From: Schmidtea polychroa | Taxonomy: Eukaryota | Reading direction: 5' to 3' | Assembly: GCA_044892525.1 (NCBI GenBank) | Contig: CM097885.1 | Coordinates: 11,410,001-11,474,000, forward strand | Length of the DNA stretch: 64,000 bases | Part shown: positions 1 through 11,270 of the stretch, piece after piece | Numbering within the stretch: position 1 is the first letter of the stretch | Layout: the number at the start of each line of letters is the position of its first letter | Translations under genes and position numbers: made by a program | Notes under the pieces: model-generated | Database searches by the model: none | Told to the model about the DNA's origin: nothing | Seen by the model: the letters and a program-made list of their open reading frames with translations, nothing else

Positions 1-98
1 TGCAGAGCTTGGTAATTTGTACATGGTGTTGAAAAAATGAATTCTAAACAAAAAACCGTTTGTTTAAATCAATCAATAACCAATTAGAAATTAACCAA

Positions 99-536
99 TT
101 AGAAATCGACCAATGAAATTATCTCATTTCGAACATTGTCAACAAATTCTCTATACTCCAAATTTCTCAACCCCAGCATGACAACCTTTCCACTAGCAAA
201 CACGTTGACACATATAGGGTTATATTTTAATAGTCTTAGTGCCGGAAACAATTCCGGTTCAAACATACAATCACATTTTTTCGACATGTTATATAGATTG
301 ATACTATGTCCCATATCCATAGTAACGGTAATTGATTGGATTTTAATATTATTTATTCGATATTGTAATTTATTAATATCCAAAGGTTTCTTACATCCCA
401 TGATTCTGCATTTACCAGTCTTGAAAAATATTATCGGATATTTCCCGCTTCTATCGATAATTTGCTGTGGTTTCCCTGGTGGGAACCTCATATTCGATAC
501 ATCAAAATTTCCTCGATAATTTATATTTGCTAACAT
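99..536 (-). CDS. TATA-box-binding-protein-like (TBP fold) protein, 145 aa
   Basis: Two TBP repeats: LANINY..IIFFKTGKCRIMGCK resembles LQNIVS..LIFSSGKMVCTGAK; KIQSITVTMD..FEPELFPAL..VNVFASGKVVMLG resembles KIQNMVGSCD..YEPELFPGL..LLIFVSGKVVLTG. Confidence 0.88.
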   Translation of the reverse strand: MLANINYRGNFDVSNMRFPPGKPQQIIDRSGKYPIIFFKTGKCRIMGCKKPLDINKLQYRINNIKIQSITVTMDMGHSINLYNMSKKCDCMFEPELFPALRLLKYNPICVNVFASGKVVMLGLRNLEYREFVDNVRNEIISLVDF

Positions 537-635
537 TATTAAATCATTTATGAAAATTAGTCTTTATATACAAATTGAGCACGAGTTCATTAAATCATCG
601 AATATAAACAAATACACATTTATAAAATCTTTGAA

Positions 636-1262
636 ATGGAATTAAGAAATGATGCAGTATACCAAATCGTTGGTCCGAGTGGTAGTGGAAAAACATTATT
701 TGTTTGTAAATTACTAAAATCCAATTTATTCAAATCAAAATTCAACAGGATTTATTGGCATAGGGGTGCTGATGAAGAACATGGATTAACTCAATCAAGT
801 TTCTGTAAATTAAAAAACATGAAAATAGTAAAGGGATTCGATAAAAACTGGTCCAGCCGATTAAAGAAAGGCGATGTCATTATTATCGATGATTTGTATC
901 AAGAAGCTAATAAAGAAAAAGATTTTAATAATTTATTTACAAAGATCAGCAGACATGTCGGTGTAACAGTTATTTTCATAACACAAAATCTATTTCATCA
1001 AGGTGGGGCACATCGAACACGTAATTTAAATGTACAGTATTTAGTTATTTTCAAGAATCCTAGAGATGCAACAGTGATTGATTTTCTTGCACGTCAAGCA
1101 TACCCTAACAATCGTAATTTTCTTATCAGTGCATTTCAAGATGCTACAAAAATACCTCATGGATATATATTTCTTGATTTCACACAACAATGTCCCGATG
1201 ATTTACGTGTAAAAACAGATATTTTCAACCCAAAAGGTGCCATGGTTTATAAACAAAGTTGA
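636..1262 (+). CDS. Polinton DNA-packaging ATPase (A32/FtsK-like)
   Basis: Walker A GPSGSGKT, Walker B IIIDD, SRH arginine motif, ITQNLF. Confidence 0.93.
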   Translation: MELRNDAVYQIVGPSGSGKTLFVCKLLKSNLFKSKFNRIYWHRGADEEHGLTQSSFCKLKNMKIVKGFDKNWSSRLKKGDVIIIDDLYQEANKEKDFNNLFTKISRHVGVTVIFITQNLFHQGGAHRTRNLNVQYLVIFKNPRDATVIDFLARQAYPNNRNFLISAFQDATKIPHGYIFLDFTQQCPDDLRVKTDIFNPKGAMVYKQS

Positions 1263-1270
1263 AAACCTCT

Positions 1271-1813
1271 ATGAATAATAATGTTTCTAAAAGCAAGGGT
1301 GAAAAATATTAGGAAATTAAGAAAGGTATTAGAAAGACTATTAAAGTTCCAAAGGTTCCACCAACAACTAGTTATACACCATCTAAAAAACTTGTAACTG
1401 AAAATTTCTCTGCAATGAATCTTATTTCGAAAAATCCTAAACCTAAACGTAAAACCCGTAAAACCTGTAAAACCGGTAAAAAAGTAGTTAAAAATCATCG
1501 CAGTTTTCCATTTTTTAATGCATTGTTAAAGGCTCCGAGTATGAAAAGAATGAATATATTGCAATCATTCCCAAATTTTGTTGTCGATGATTTACTCAAT
1601 ATTATACTTAAAGTAGTCAAAGGCAAAATTAAAATCAGTAAATCAAAAAAGCATTTATTGAGCAAACATAAGAAACCTTTATTATCTTTAGTAAATAATA
1701 AAAATCGTAAGCAAATGAGGAAAATTATATATAAACAACAAGGTGGATTTATTGGTGCATTGATACCTCTGGCATTATCATTATTAGGTGGAGTTGTAGG
1801 AAATCAATCATAA
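1271..1813 (+). pseudogene. Basic core protein with adenovirus pX-like C-terminus; in-frame TAG at 1310-1312 leaves ORF 1415-1813
   Basis: ATG 1271 is in frame with 1415. Lys-rich; ends QQGGFIGALIPLALSLLGG, similar to adenovirus pX GGFLPALIPIIAAAIG. Confidence 0.65.
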
Positions 1814-1816
1814 ACA

Positions 1817-2044
1817 ATGGGTGCTAATCCTTCATTGCCCGACATTAAATTTAATTTTAAATCTTCTTGTTGTAATGGAGAAGATTTGGACGAACCCAGA
1901 AGACGAAGCCGGTTTCGGTGGAGTGGCAAAATTAAACAAAAGAGTTCCGAATTCGAAAAAAGAAACCCAGAAGTGGTTATCAGATCAGCTTGCGTACAGT
2001 TTGAACAAACCAATGCGGAAAGGATTTCCAACAAGAGCGTATAA
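1817..2044 (+). CDS. Candidate small acylated protein overlapping the integrase 5' end
   Basis: ATG in aacaATGG context 3 nt after the previous stop; MGANPS fits the MGxxxS myristoylation pattern; SSCC motif; basic tail. Confidence 0.4.
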   Translation: MGANPSLPDIKFNFKSSCCNGEDLDEPRRRSRFRWSGKIKQKSSEFEKRNPEVVIRSACVQFEQTNAERISNKSV

Positions 2045-2262
2045 AACATTTGGTATTGACGATTTATGGCAAATGGATTTGATGGAGATGATACCATATT
2101 CGAAAATTAACAATGGGAATAAATATATTTTAACATGTATTAATGTATACAGCAGGTTTTCACGAGCAATACCGGTCAAGGCAAAATCTGCAGAAGAAAT
2201 GTCCAAGGCAATTAATATTTTATTTAAAGATGGACATCCTAATAACTTGCAAACAGATTTAG

Positions 2263-2339
<77 letters not shown>

Positions 2340-2710
2340 GGTGGGTTACTGATGGTGGACTAATTACGCTTTTATGCTGTTACCAGCGTAACCCAACACA
2401 CAACATGGTTTTCCTCTTGGTACCCGTTGAGCAATCAATGTTGGTACTGTACCAAGGGGTTGAGTACTCGCAAAAAGTGAGCGCGTCAAGCACTATAATT
2501 GTCGAGCACTCTATGGGTTCACGGACGCCGATAGAAGGCACGTGTCCGATTTGTTTCGGTCCCTCATCGAGATTGTTTCCCCAAACGCCTTTTTACCAAT
2601 CATCTTGTTTTAGACAACAGCAAAGTTCAATCTCATACTCATCAGGTAACGGATCATTTATTTAATCACTACTAAATGACAAGGTTTGTTTACGCACTCT
2701 CGAACGTCTC

Positions 2711-3196
2711 TCAGGATTGTGGATTGGCTTCCATTTCTTTCAATTTCTCCTGTTCGGCTAGCCAGGCCCTCTTCAATTTGTCACGGGTATTCCGCCCTAG
2801 CCGTTTGCGTTTCGGCTTGCTTGCCTGGACTGGTGGGTATATCTGGGCCAACTCCACGGAAAGTGGACGAATCTGCTCGCAAAGGGTGTCCTGGACAAAT
2901 CTTTCGTTCAATTTACTCTCGAGCGAGCGCACTTGTAGCTTCAGCGCTCGGATCTCGAGCTGATCTTGCTCCGCCTGGGTCTGGAGTTGTGAGATGCGCG
3001 TAGTTTGTTTTTTCATGTCGGCCGGACTGAACCACGTACTTTCGAGTTCTCGGCACTTGATCTTGAGTTTCTCGACCCGACTTCGAAGTTCTTCGGCTTG
3101 ATGTTGGGCCTGTTCACGGTCCTTTCGTAGGTTTTCGAGGAATTTGTACACTAAATGGAGGAAAAATGAAGCTCTACCACTGGTCTCCATATGCAT
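2711..3196 (-). CDS. Coiled-coil protein of unknown function within the insertion
   Basis: 161 aa ORF, GC-richer than flanks, heptad-like E/K/L/Q stretches, NLS-like PKRKR. Confidence 0.5.
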   Translation of the reverse strand: MHMETSGRASFFLHLVYKFLENLRKDREQAQHQAEELRSRVEKLKIKCRELESTWFSPADMKKQTTRISQLQTQAEQDQLEIRALKLQVRSLESKLNERFVQDTLCEQIRPLSVELAQIYPPVQASKPKRKRLGRNTRDKLKRAWLAEQEKLKEMEANPQS

Positions 3197-3474
3197 AAAA
3201 GCGATACAATTAACTATATAGAATTAACAGACGAAGGATAGGGAGGGTCATCCTGTCCCTGGGGGTACCCCTTACGCAATATGACTCATATGCAATGTCC
3301 AAAAGATGAGCTATACTACGACAAATGTGCACGCCGAACAATCACATAAATGTTTTAATAATAAAACAAATTTTACAAATTGTCCTAATTACTACAAGAA
3401 CAAAACAAAAAAAACATATCTGGCACAACATAATATCACTAATTATATCACTCCGCATTGTCACTCCCGGTGAG

Positions 3475-3843
3475 CTAGACCGGGTTCTTGCGGGGCCTCC
3501 CTCGTTTTCGTGGAGGGGCAACCGCCCCCTCCAGCTCCTCTAGGGTTTTCCCTTCTGCTTCGGCTCTGATCTGGAGTTCTATCCTCCTCAGCCGCATCTG
3601 GGCCGCTTCCAACTCGATCAATGCCCGATCGCGGGCCTCCTGTAACAAGTCATTGTCCGATTCCACCTTCACCCATGCCTGGGCATCGGGTTCTGGGCCG
3701 GTCCGGATAATCCGATTGGAACAGTCCAGATCCCGCCCCTGACACCATCGATGAATATGGTGCCAGATGTACCGCGTGCGAAGGCGGGTGATTGTCCATT
3801 GTTCGTCCTCTTCGCTGCTGAGGTTATCGTTTGGTGGTGCCAT
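3475..3843 (-). CDS. Small AT-hook protein within the insertion
   Basis: 122 aa ORF ending PPRKRGRPRKNP (canonical RGRP AT-hook) after a short coiled coil. Confidence 0.6.
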   Translation of the reverse strand: MAPPNDNLSSEEDEQWTITRLRTRYIWHHIHRWCQGRDLDCSNRIIRTGPEPDAQAWVKVESDNDLLQEARDRALIELEAAQMRLRRIELQIRAEAEGKTLEELEGAVAPPRKRGRPRKNPV

Positions 3844-6079
3844 GCCTGGAATGTAAACGTTAATACCCGTTTAACTCGCGTCAATTATTAATGGTCGTCA
3901 TAATAAAATACATCGAATTAACTCACATATCAATGACTAAGTTTATTACGATTGTTATAACTACTTTTATCAAAGAAAAAAAATAAGTTTTGTTTATAGG
4001 TTTTCCCAATTTAATTTTTAACTACTTAAAATTAAATAACTTTAATGAAAGAAAATTTAAAGTTGGTGTATAGGTTTTACCAATTTAATTTTTAACTACT
4101 TAAAATTAAATAACTTTTATCCAAATTTAATCATTTACAATTATTATCGTCACCCTGACTTAAGGCCCTTTGTTTTATCACAGTAATCGTTGTTTAATTA
4201 GCGAAAATCATGGCCGTTTTATGAGAATTTAAATGAATTGTTCCCCCGGATCTTTTAAAGGTGATGCAAGTCATTACAGCAGGGTTGTAGAAACAGGCAA
4301 CTGGTAATTCTTTGCATAATTTTTAGTTTTTCTTTTAAAATTTTCCAAATACAGGCATCAAGCTAGAGAATCAGAACCTAAAGACTTTGATGTTAATATT
4401 GCCGAACAGAGATCACTTCCCTCATCAACATATAAATACTTAGGAGGATTGCCTGATGTAAATTTATTATTATTTTTAAATATTCAACTATGAATTTTAG
4501 AAAACATCATTAAGTACTTATCCAGAATTTTGTTAGCAAAAGAAAATTAATCATTAGGAACTTGACAACGGAATGCCGAGGTTTTCTGCTGAAGCTATTG
4601 ATAGTCCTCTTTTTGATGCCAATTATAATGATGATGGATTTCCAAGACATCGCCTTGGATTTGATAGACAACAAATGGAAACAACCTATTGAGTTGATTA
4701 TGTTTATCCTTATCCTTTTCAACATGTCGAAATTAAAATAATATTTTGTCCTTGTCATTCAAGAAAATTTATCGTTAGACCAAAGGTCCAGATTTAACTA
4801 AATCGAATAAAAGGTGTTTGTCTCAATTTTCGGATCCAGGTGAATTTAGCCGTCCAGGAAATAACACATGTGGGATGAATCATGAATGTATGCCAATTCC
4901 CATCTGCAGCGTCAAGGATGTCTTACCGATAATCTATACGGGCCTTTTGTTCAAGAGTAAAACAAAATTTGTCTTGTTATAACTATTCCATAAAATGGAC
5001 GTACAGTCGTATTAAATTTTTGAGTAATAATCTATAAAATGACGAGTAATGGGTGTTTTGATTTAAACATTAATGTTAGGGTAGCCAATTTCAATCATGA
5101 TTTATTTATCGTACTTTTACTTAGGTATTTCATTGACAAGAATGCTGAATTAATTTACACTCTGTCAGTTTGATTTGTACGAATAAGAAATAATAGCATG
5201 TCATTTTGTACCTCGATATCATTGTTGTGTAACGGTATTGTAATTGGGTAAATCATAATGTTATTTGAGCTCTTGGCAGCTATTGGGGAGTAACGTTGGT
5301 AATGTGACATGAGCGGGTGGCTGTTAGTTAACGACTATCGTTAGGGGGATCTGTTCTATTTAACTCCTTTTATTGCCTCTTTCTCATTGCTATCCAAGCA
5401 TATTGTTATATGAAAACCCTAATTTCTAATTCAAATAACTAAATATATAAATTATTTATAAAATTCCATTATATTTTCTACCTTATATTTTAAACTAGAT
5501 TCCATAATTTATTAAAGTTACACTTCAGGTATTTATAACTTACACATTTAATCAAAGTATATTTTATAATAAATTATATATTTAAGTGAAAGGGCATAAT
5601 TCTACTTTATAATCTAGGTTTTTATAAATGATCCATTGAGGTATTATGGAATTATAATTTATAACTCCGACATTTATAAGTTATATTCTTTATATAAAAT
5701 TTTAGTTTCTGGTTTAGATATGTATGTATTTAAGTGGATTATCAAATTCTAGCTCATAATTCAGAACTATTATACATTTACACATTATGTTCTTGGAGAT
5801 GCATCTTGTACTTTAACGTTTATGGATTGTGAATAAGGTTGTATTTCATCATCACGCAATAATACATTGCATTTTTAAGGCTAATACAAAGGTATATATT
5901 ATAATTCAATGTTCATAGCTTACGCGTTAGGTATAATATAACGGTATATTTACCCTTTAGGATTATTATATCTTTATATGTTATATATTCAATAAGACCT
6001 ACAGTTCAGCTTTATTATGAAATACTTACAAGTTACGTTTTCGAGAACAATATAAAGTTAGATTTCATCATTTAATATT

Positions 6080-6560
6080 TATAAATTATATTTTTAAGTG
6101 CGATATCAAATTACTTTTTATACTTTAGGAGTATCACATAGTTATACATTATATTTTTAAGTTCGATATAGAATTATTTTCATACTTTAGGAGTATTACA
6201 TATTTATACATTATATTTTTAAGTTCGATATAAGATTATTTTCTATTCTGTAGGAGTATTACATATTTATACATTACAATATCAAATTATTTTATAATTT
6301 TTAGCGATAGTACATATTTATGAATTATATTTTTAGAAACAATATGAAGTAAAATTTTATAAATTAGGATTTTTCACATTCATCAATTATACGATATAAA
6401 CTTATATTGATAATTTAGAGGTATTACATATTTATCAAATATAATTCTAAGTACAGTAGTAAGTTATAGTTTACCATTTAGGAATTCTAAGTATTTAGCG
6501 ATTCTAACATATATTCTATAGTTTAGGAATATCATATATTTATAGACTGATGTTTAAGTG
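6080..6560. repeat. Degenerate minisatellite, unit about 60 bp
   Basis: Recurring ttatatttttaagttcgatat...tttaggagtattacatatttatacat units. Confidence 0.6.
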
Positions 6561-8595
6561 TAATAGGAGAGTATATAGTTCATTTTACGATTCACGCTTG
6601 TCGAACTTCTTTGTGAGCATTATTACGGTTAATTTCGAGAAAGATATTTACACTGATACGAAAAATTATTTCTCAATGAGGTTCGATAAACGTGTAAGTG
6701 GAGAGGTCTTAACCGACTACATTAGCTGAATTGTAATTGCTGTGTTCAATTTGGGTCTGAGATCTACTCGATTAGAATCCTAGTGTAATTTAGTGTATAG
6801 AATTTTTAGTGGTGATTTTAATTGTGTAATGCATTCATAGTCGGGAAGAATGCTTGCTTACACGGCCCCACTGTGACCGCTACGACAAGCCCTACTGTTG
6901 TGTTGAGTCGAAACATCACTGTCGACCGATAAATAAAGTATATGGAGCCATAGCGGAGGGGTTTTATCGACACAACTCCATGGTAGGACCATGAAGTGGC
7001 CGACCTCCGATGACCAAACAAAAAAAAATATATAAGGTATATTGCGTGTCTGCATGTGCTATAGATTTTACAAATTGATCGAATGTAGGACTGATCAGAG
7101 ACGCATATGTATCAATACGCCGCCGATCCTTCTTACATGAGATAAAAATGATAAGCATGGTTTGATCTAAGCATAATTAATATTAACAATAACGATCAAA
7201 GTTAAGTTAAAATAAAAAAAAAATAATATCATTATACATCAAAATTCAAATAACAAATACTCACTATCTTCAAGTTTTCGCAAAAAAAAGAATTTGGCAT
7301 ACAAAGTGATTCTTGTGACTGAAACGTGTCAGTATATATACCTATTTTGTACACGTGTATGTATTGATGCATTAAAACAAACTCGAATTCTTTTTATTCC
7401 AGAATTTTCTATTTCATGATTTTTATATTTTTTGTGGAAATTTTAGTGCTATAATTTTTGTTTTTATTTTTAAATTTTTATTTTTTAATTATTTTTTCAA
7501 TAATTTACGTCCATGATGGATTTGGAACGGTTCCAGAACATTCTATTTTACTTTTAATTTAATTTTTATTTTAACTGATGTTTTTATGAATTTCTTTTTG
7601 AGATTTTTTATTTTTAATACTAATTTATTTATTTTCCTTAACTTTTGTTGTTCTAGATGACTTTTGTGATGGTCATCGCCATTTTATAGAATGTTCTGGG
7701 TTTTTCTGGAATGTTTTACTATTTTTATCGTCTTTTAAGTTATTCGAGTTTGCTTTTGGTAATTCTATGTTTGTTTGGTTATTTTTGAGTTAGATTTTTG
7801 CATCACTTCTTGCTTCTGTATAATTTTATTTAATTTCTTTGTTTATGTTTTTGTTGCTTTCTCCTTTAGTTAATATTGTTTATTTGGTGTAGGTTTTAAT
7901 ATTTAACTATACTTTTTGCTTTTTACATGTTGTGTACCTGCACGTTTCAGTCACAATTAGTAGTTTGGGTCTAGAAATCAGTTCTAGCCCAACATTATTA
8001 TTATTATTATTATTATTTTAGGTAAAGAATTCTACAATAGCAAAGTTAAGCAAATCCTCGATAAACTGAAAATAAATCACTACTCGGTACATTCTCAATA
8101 CAAAGCTGCCCATGTTGAAAGATTTAATCGAACATTGAGAGATCGATTAAAGAAATTGTTCGTGCATCAAGGTAATAAAAAATGGGTAAATGCTTTACCG
8201 AAAATAATAACAAGTTATAATCATTCATAACATCGAGGACTGAATGGATTGAGACCGGTTGATATTACATCAAAAACATCATTGACTTCTAAGAAATCTG
8301 TAAAAATTACAAAACCTAAATATAAAGTCGGTGATCATGTTAGAATTAGTAAAATTAGTGCATCACCATTTATTAAAAATTTTGATACAAATTGGAGTGA
8401 TGAAGTCTTTGTAATTTCAAAAATAAATACTAAACAGAATCCTGTAATGTATGTCATCAAAGACAATGATAATAATATTGTACAGGGGAAATTTTATGAG
8501 CAGGAATTACAAGTCATTCCTCCCCCAAAAGTATTTAGAATTCAAAAAATATTGAAATCTAAAAAGGTCGGTAAGGATAAACAATACTATGTCAA

Positions 8596-9663
8596 ATGGC
8601 ATGGTTATCAAAACCCGTCATGGATATCAGCAAAAGACATAGTAAAGTGAATTTTTATACTATTTTGCCGAGCAATAGTTGTCCATTAATTCATCCAGAA
8701 AATCAAGCAAGCAAATTCATCATCGAACTCCAAAACCCTACCTATTTGGATAATGACTGGGAAGTTGCTCTGTTGGATTTTACATTTGTATACAATTTAT
8801 TCCCAATCTATAGCAAATCTGTTATTGAATATAATAAGAAAGTAGCAGTAACGGAATATATTAGTGTTCTTATTGATAAAGATAATTATAACTTGACGAG
8901 TTCATCGAAATCAAGGAAACCTATAATTTATGATGATGGTCAATATTTATACATGAATTGCTTGAATAAGCCATTCGAAATTATATTTTCTACAGTGGCT
9001 GATGCTAAACGTCTTGGATTTACTGATTTACGTAATGTATTTAATGATACAGTCAAAATAAATCTCTCTACACTTCCGAAAACTAATAATTTAGTGGAAT
9101 TCAAATTTAAGCTGTCATACATTGAAATAACAGAGCATGCATATACTTTTAAAGATAATTTATATATTACAGACCTCGAACAATTACAAACTTATTTAGG
9201 TGACAATTGTAGCGATATTTTAACAGTTTTTGAGCTTCAAAAAGATAAAGTATTTAGATTTAGTATAAATTCTAATCTTAGTCAAGTTAAATTTGACTCA
9301 AATTTGACAAAAACATTAGGATTGACTAAACCAGTATGTACACAAAATGAACAAATTTGTGAAGGAACAAACAAACCGAAAATCCTTAAACATCATCAGC
9401 AAATGTTCATTTACAGTAATATCGTGGAACCAGTTATTGTTGGCGATTCTAGTGTTCCTTTAATGAAATCTATATGGATTGAAAAACATGATCAAGATGA
9501 AGTTGTACAAATCAATGTAGAAAATCCCATGTATCTACCTGTTTCAACATCTTGTATAAACAATATAGAAATAAATATAAGAGATGATTCTGGTCAATTA
9601 ATCGAATTTCCAAAAGGCTCAAAAACTCATTTGACATTACATTTTCGTAAAATAAATGGCTAA
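8596..9663 (+). CDS. Polinton minor capsid (penton) protein; true start may be near 8647
   Basis: N-terminal FYTILPSNS..PEN..F...L......WEVAL and C-terminal FIYSNIVEP..VGD...PL..IEINIRDDSG..LHF motifs; located after the integrase. Confidence 0.88.
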   Translation: MAWLSKPVMDISKRHSKVNFYTILPSNSCPLIHPENQASKFIIELQNPTYLDNDWEVALLDFTFVYNLFPIYSKSVIEYNKKVAVTEYISVLIDKDNYNLTSSSKSRKPIIYDDGQYLYMNCLNKPFEIIFSTVADAKRLGFTDLRNVFNDTVKINLSTLPKTNNLVEFKFKLSYIEITEHAYTFKDNLYITDLEQLQTYLGDNCSDILTVFELQKDKVFRFSINSNLSQVKFDSNLTKTLGLTKPVCTQNEQICEGTNKPKILKHHQQMFIYSNIVEPVIVGDSSVPLMKSIWIEKHDQDEVVQINVENPMYLPVSTSCINNIEINIRDDSGQLIEFPKGSKTHLTLHFRKING

Positions 9664-10027
9664 TTCTGATATTATTAGTATATATAGTGGTAGCCAATCT
9701 GGTGGTGATTTACCATATTTTATTGGTAAACAGTACGGATCAGGATGGTTGAGAACAATAGGTAGATTTGCATTGCCTATTCTTAAACGTATCGGTAGTT
9801 TTGGTATGAAAACTGCAAAAGACGTTATTATGAATGAACAGAAAATATTACCATCTCTAAAAACAAATGCTTTAGCAGAATTAGGGAAAGTTTTACCCGG
9901 GGTTGCAGGTATGTTTCAAAAACCAGCTCCAGCTCCAGCTCCAGCTCATGCTCCAAAACGTAAAAGACATGGAATATCACGTATAAACAAACGAATGAAA
10001 GGACATGGAACTATATTTGCAAAATGA
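9656..10027 (+). CDS. PW-like virion protein (QxGxG motif, amphipathic helix, basic tail)
   Basis: QYGSGWLRTIGRFALPILKRIG; lies between minor and major capsid genes with overlapping start/stop codons. Confidence 0.7.
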   Translation: MANSDIISIYSGSQSGGDLPYFIGKQYGSGWLRTIGRFALPILKRIGSFGMKTAKDVIMNEQKILPSLKTNALAELGKVLPGVAGMFQKPAPAPAPAHAPKRKRHGISRINKRMKGHGTIFAK

Positions 10028-11244
10028 TTTGTGGTAAATCCGAATTATGTATATTTGATAGACCGTCGCCCCAGGCTGTAATAGAATTTGGGGCATTTGA
10101 GGAAGTTTTTCCTATGAATTCAATTACAGATAGTAGAAATGATATCGAGTTTTATATTAATGGTTCACAAACCGAATATTTAGATTTGAACGATACTTTA
10201 TTGACTGTTCAGATCAAGGTTGTAGATAAAGATAGAAAAGTTTTGGATGCCAATGCAGATGTAATACCGAACAATTTCCTGTTTCATACTCTTTTTAAAG
10301 ATGCAGTGTTGGGATTTAATAATATCAAGATTGAGGGTGGAAATAATACATTCATTCACAAGGCATTAATAGAAACTATTTTAAATTACAATTCCGATAC
10401 TAAAAATACATGTCTTACTCCTATGGGTTATGGCAGTGATGATGAAAGAAAAAAGTGGGTAAAAGGCTCAAAGGTTTTCACCATGTGCTCATCATTACAA
10501 CTTGATTTTATGGATCAACCGAAATATTTACTACCGGGGGTTAATGTACATATTAGATTGAAAAGGTCTGATTCTGCATTATCTCTTACTAGTGCAACTG
10601 GTGCACCAATATGTCAATTAGTTGATGCAAAATTATTGGTGAGAAGAGTACGACTAGACCCCTCAGTATTAGCAGGTCATCAATTGGGTCTTAATTCAAA
10701 ACATGCAATTTATCCATTAAAAACAAAGGAAATTGTACAATTTGCTATTGCTAAAGGTGCTTCATTTTTCTATAAAGAACAAATATTTGGTGACAGAAGA
10801 ATGCCTAATTTTATTCTGATAACATTTCAAAGTGAAGCACAATATAATGGATCATATACTGCGTCCAGCTCAATTTTCAAAAACTTTGGTGTTACATCAT
10901 TGACTTTGTCGAAAAATACTGATTATAGAGAAACATATATTCAAGATTTCGAGAATGACAATTACTGTGCGACATATATGCAGAGTATTGTTAGAAATCT
11001 GGGTTATTTAGATAAAAATTTGAATTGCGGAATAACTCTAGAAGATTTTAAAAGCAAATACCCATTTTTTACATTTGTTTTAGCCCCTGATTTTGATTTA
11101 AATCAAAGTCAATTACCACAAAACGGGAATTTACGACTGGATATAAAGTTTGCAAGAGCCATTACAGAACCAGTACATGTTATAATATATGGAGTATTTG
11201 AAAATGAAGTTCAAATTACTGCAAATAGAACCGTGCTAGTATAA
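10024..11244 (+). CDS. Polinton major capsid protein (double jelly-roll), intact, 406 aa
   Basis: KSELCIF..Q..I, IEFYING..EYLDLNDTLL, QPKYLLPGVNVHIRL, GNLRLDIKF motifs. Confidence 0.92.
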   Translation: MICGKSELCIFDRPSPQAVIEFGAFEEVFPMNSITDSRNDIEFYINGSQTEYLDLNDTLLTVQIKVVDKDRKVLDANADVIPNNFLFHTLFKDAVLGFNNIKIEGGNNTFIHKALIETILNYNSDTKNTCLTPMGYGSDDERKKWVKGSKVFTMCSSLQLDFMDQPKYLLPGVNVHIRLKRSDSALSLTSATGAPICQLVDAKLLVRRVRLDPSVLAGHQLGLNSKHAIYPLKTKEIVQFAIAKGASFFYKEQIFGDRRMPNFILITFQSEAQYNGSYTASSSIFKNFGVTSLTLSKNTDYRETYIQDFENDNYCATYMQSIVRNLGYLDKNLNCGITLEDFKSKYPFFTFVLAPDFDLNQSQLPQNGNLRLDIKFARAITEPVHVIIYGVFENEVQITANRTVLV

Positions 11245-11270
11245 ATGTATATTGAAACACAAAAAGTATC

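Larger units (their letters stand above)
2339..7994. mobile_element. 5.66 kb TG..CA-bounded insertion, probably a very long solo LTR or a non-autonomous element
   Basis: Starts TGGTGGGTTA, ends TAGCCCAACA (imperfect inverted termini); flanked by TTAT/TTAT inside (ATT)n; both ends are homologous to 52536 and 57719. Confidence 0.75.
1875..8650 (+). pseudogene. Retroviral-type (rve) integrase with C-terminal chromodomain; exons 1875-2262 and 8022-8650; premature TAA 8228-8230
   Basis: WQMDL, then LQTDL-G/KEF joined in frame across GT 2263..AG 8021, then VERFNRTL and chromodomain YYVKWHGY..SW. Confidence 0.92.

Noticed and set aside
136..519. Antisense ORFs over TBP, pPolB, transposases and kinase
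   Set aside because: Shadows of real genes on the opposite strand; no motifs.
4320..5400. Possible decayed ORF inside the TG..CA element
   Set aside because: Many stops and no recognisable motif.
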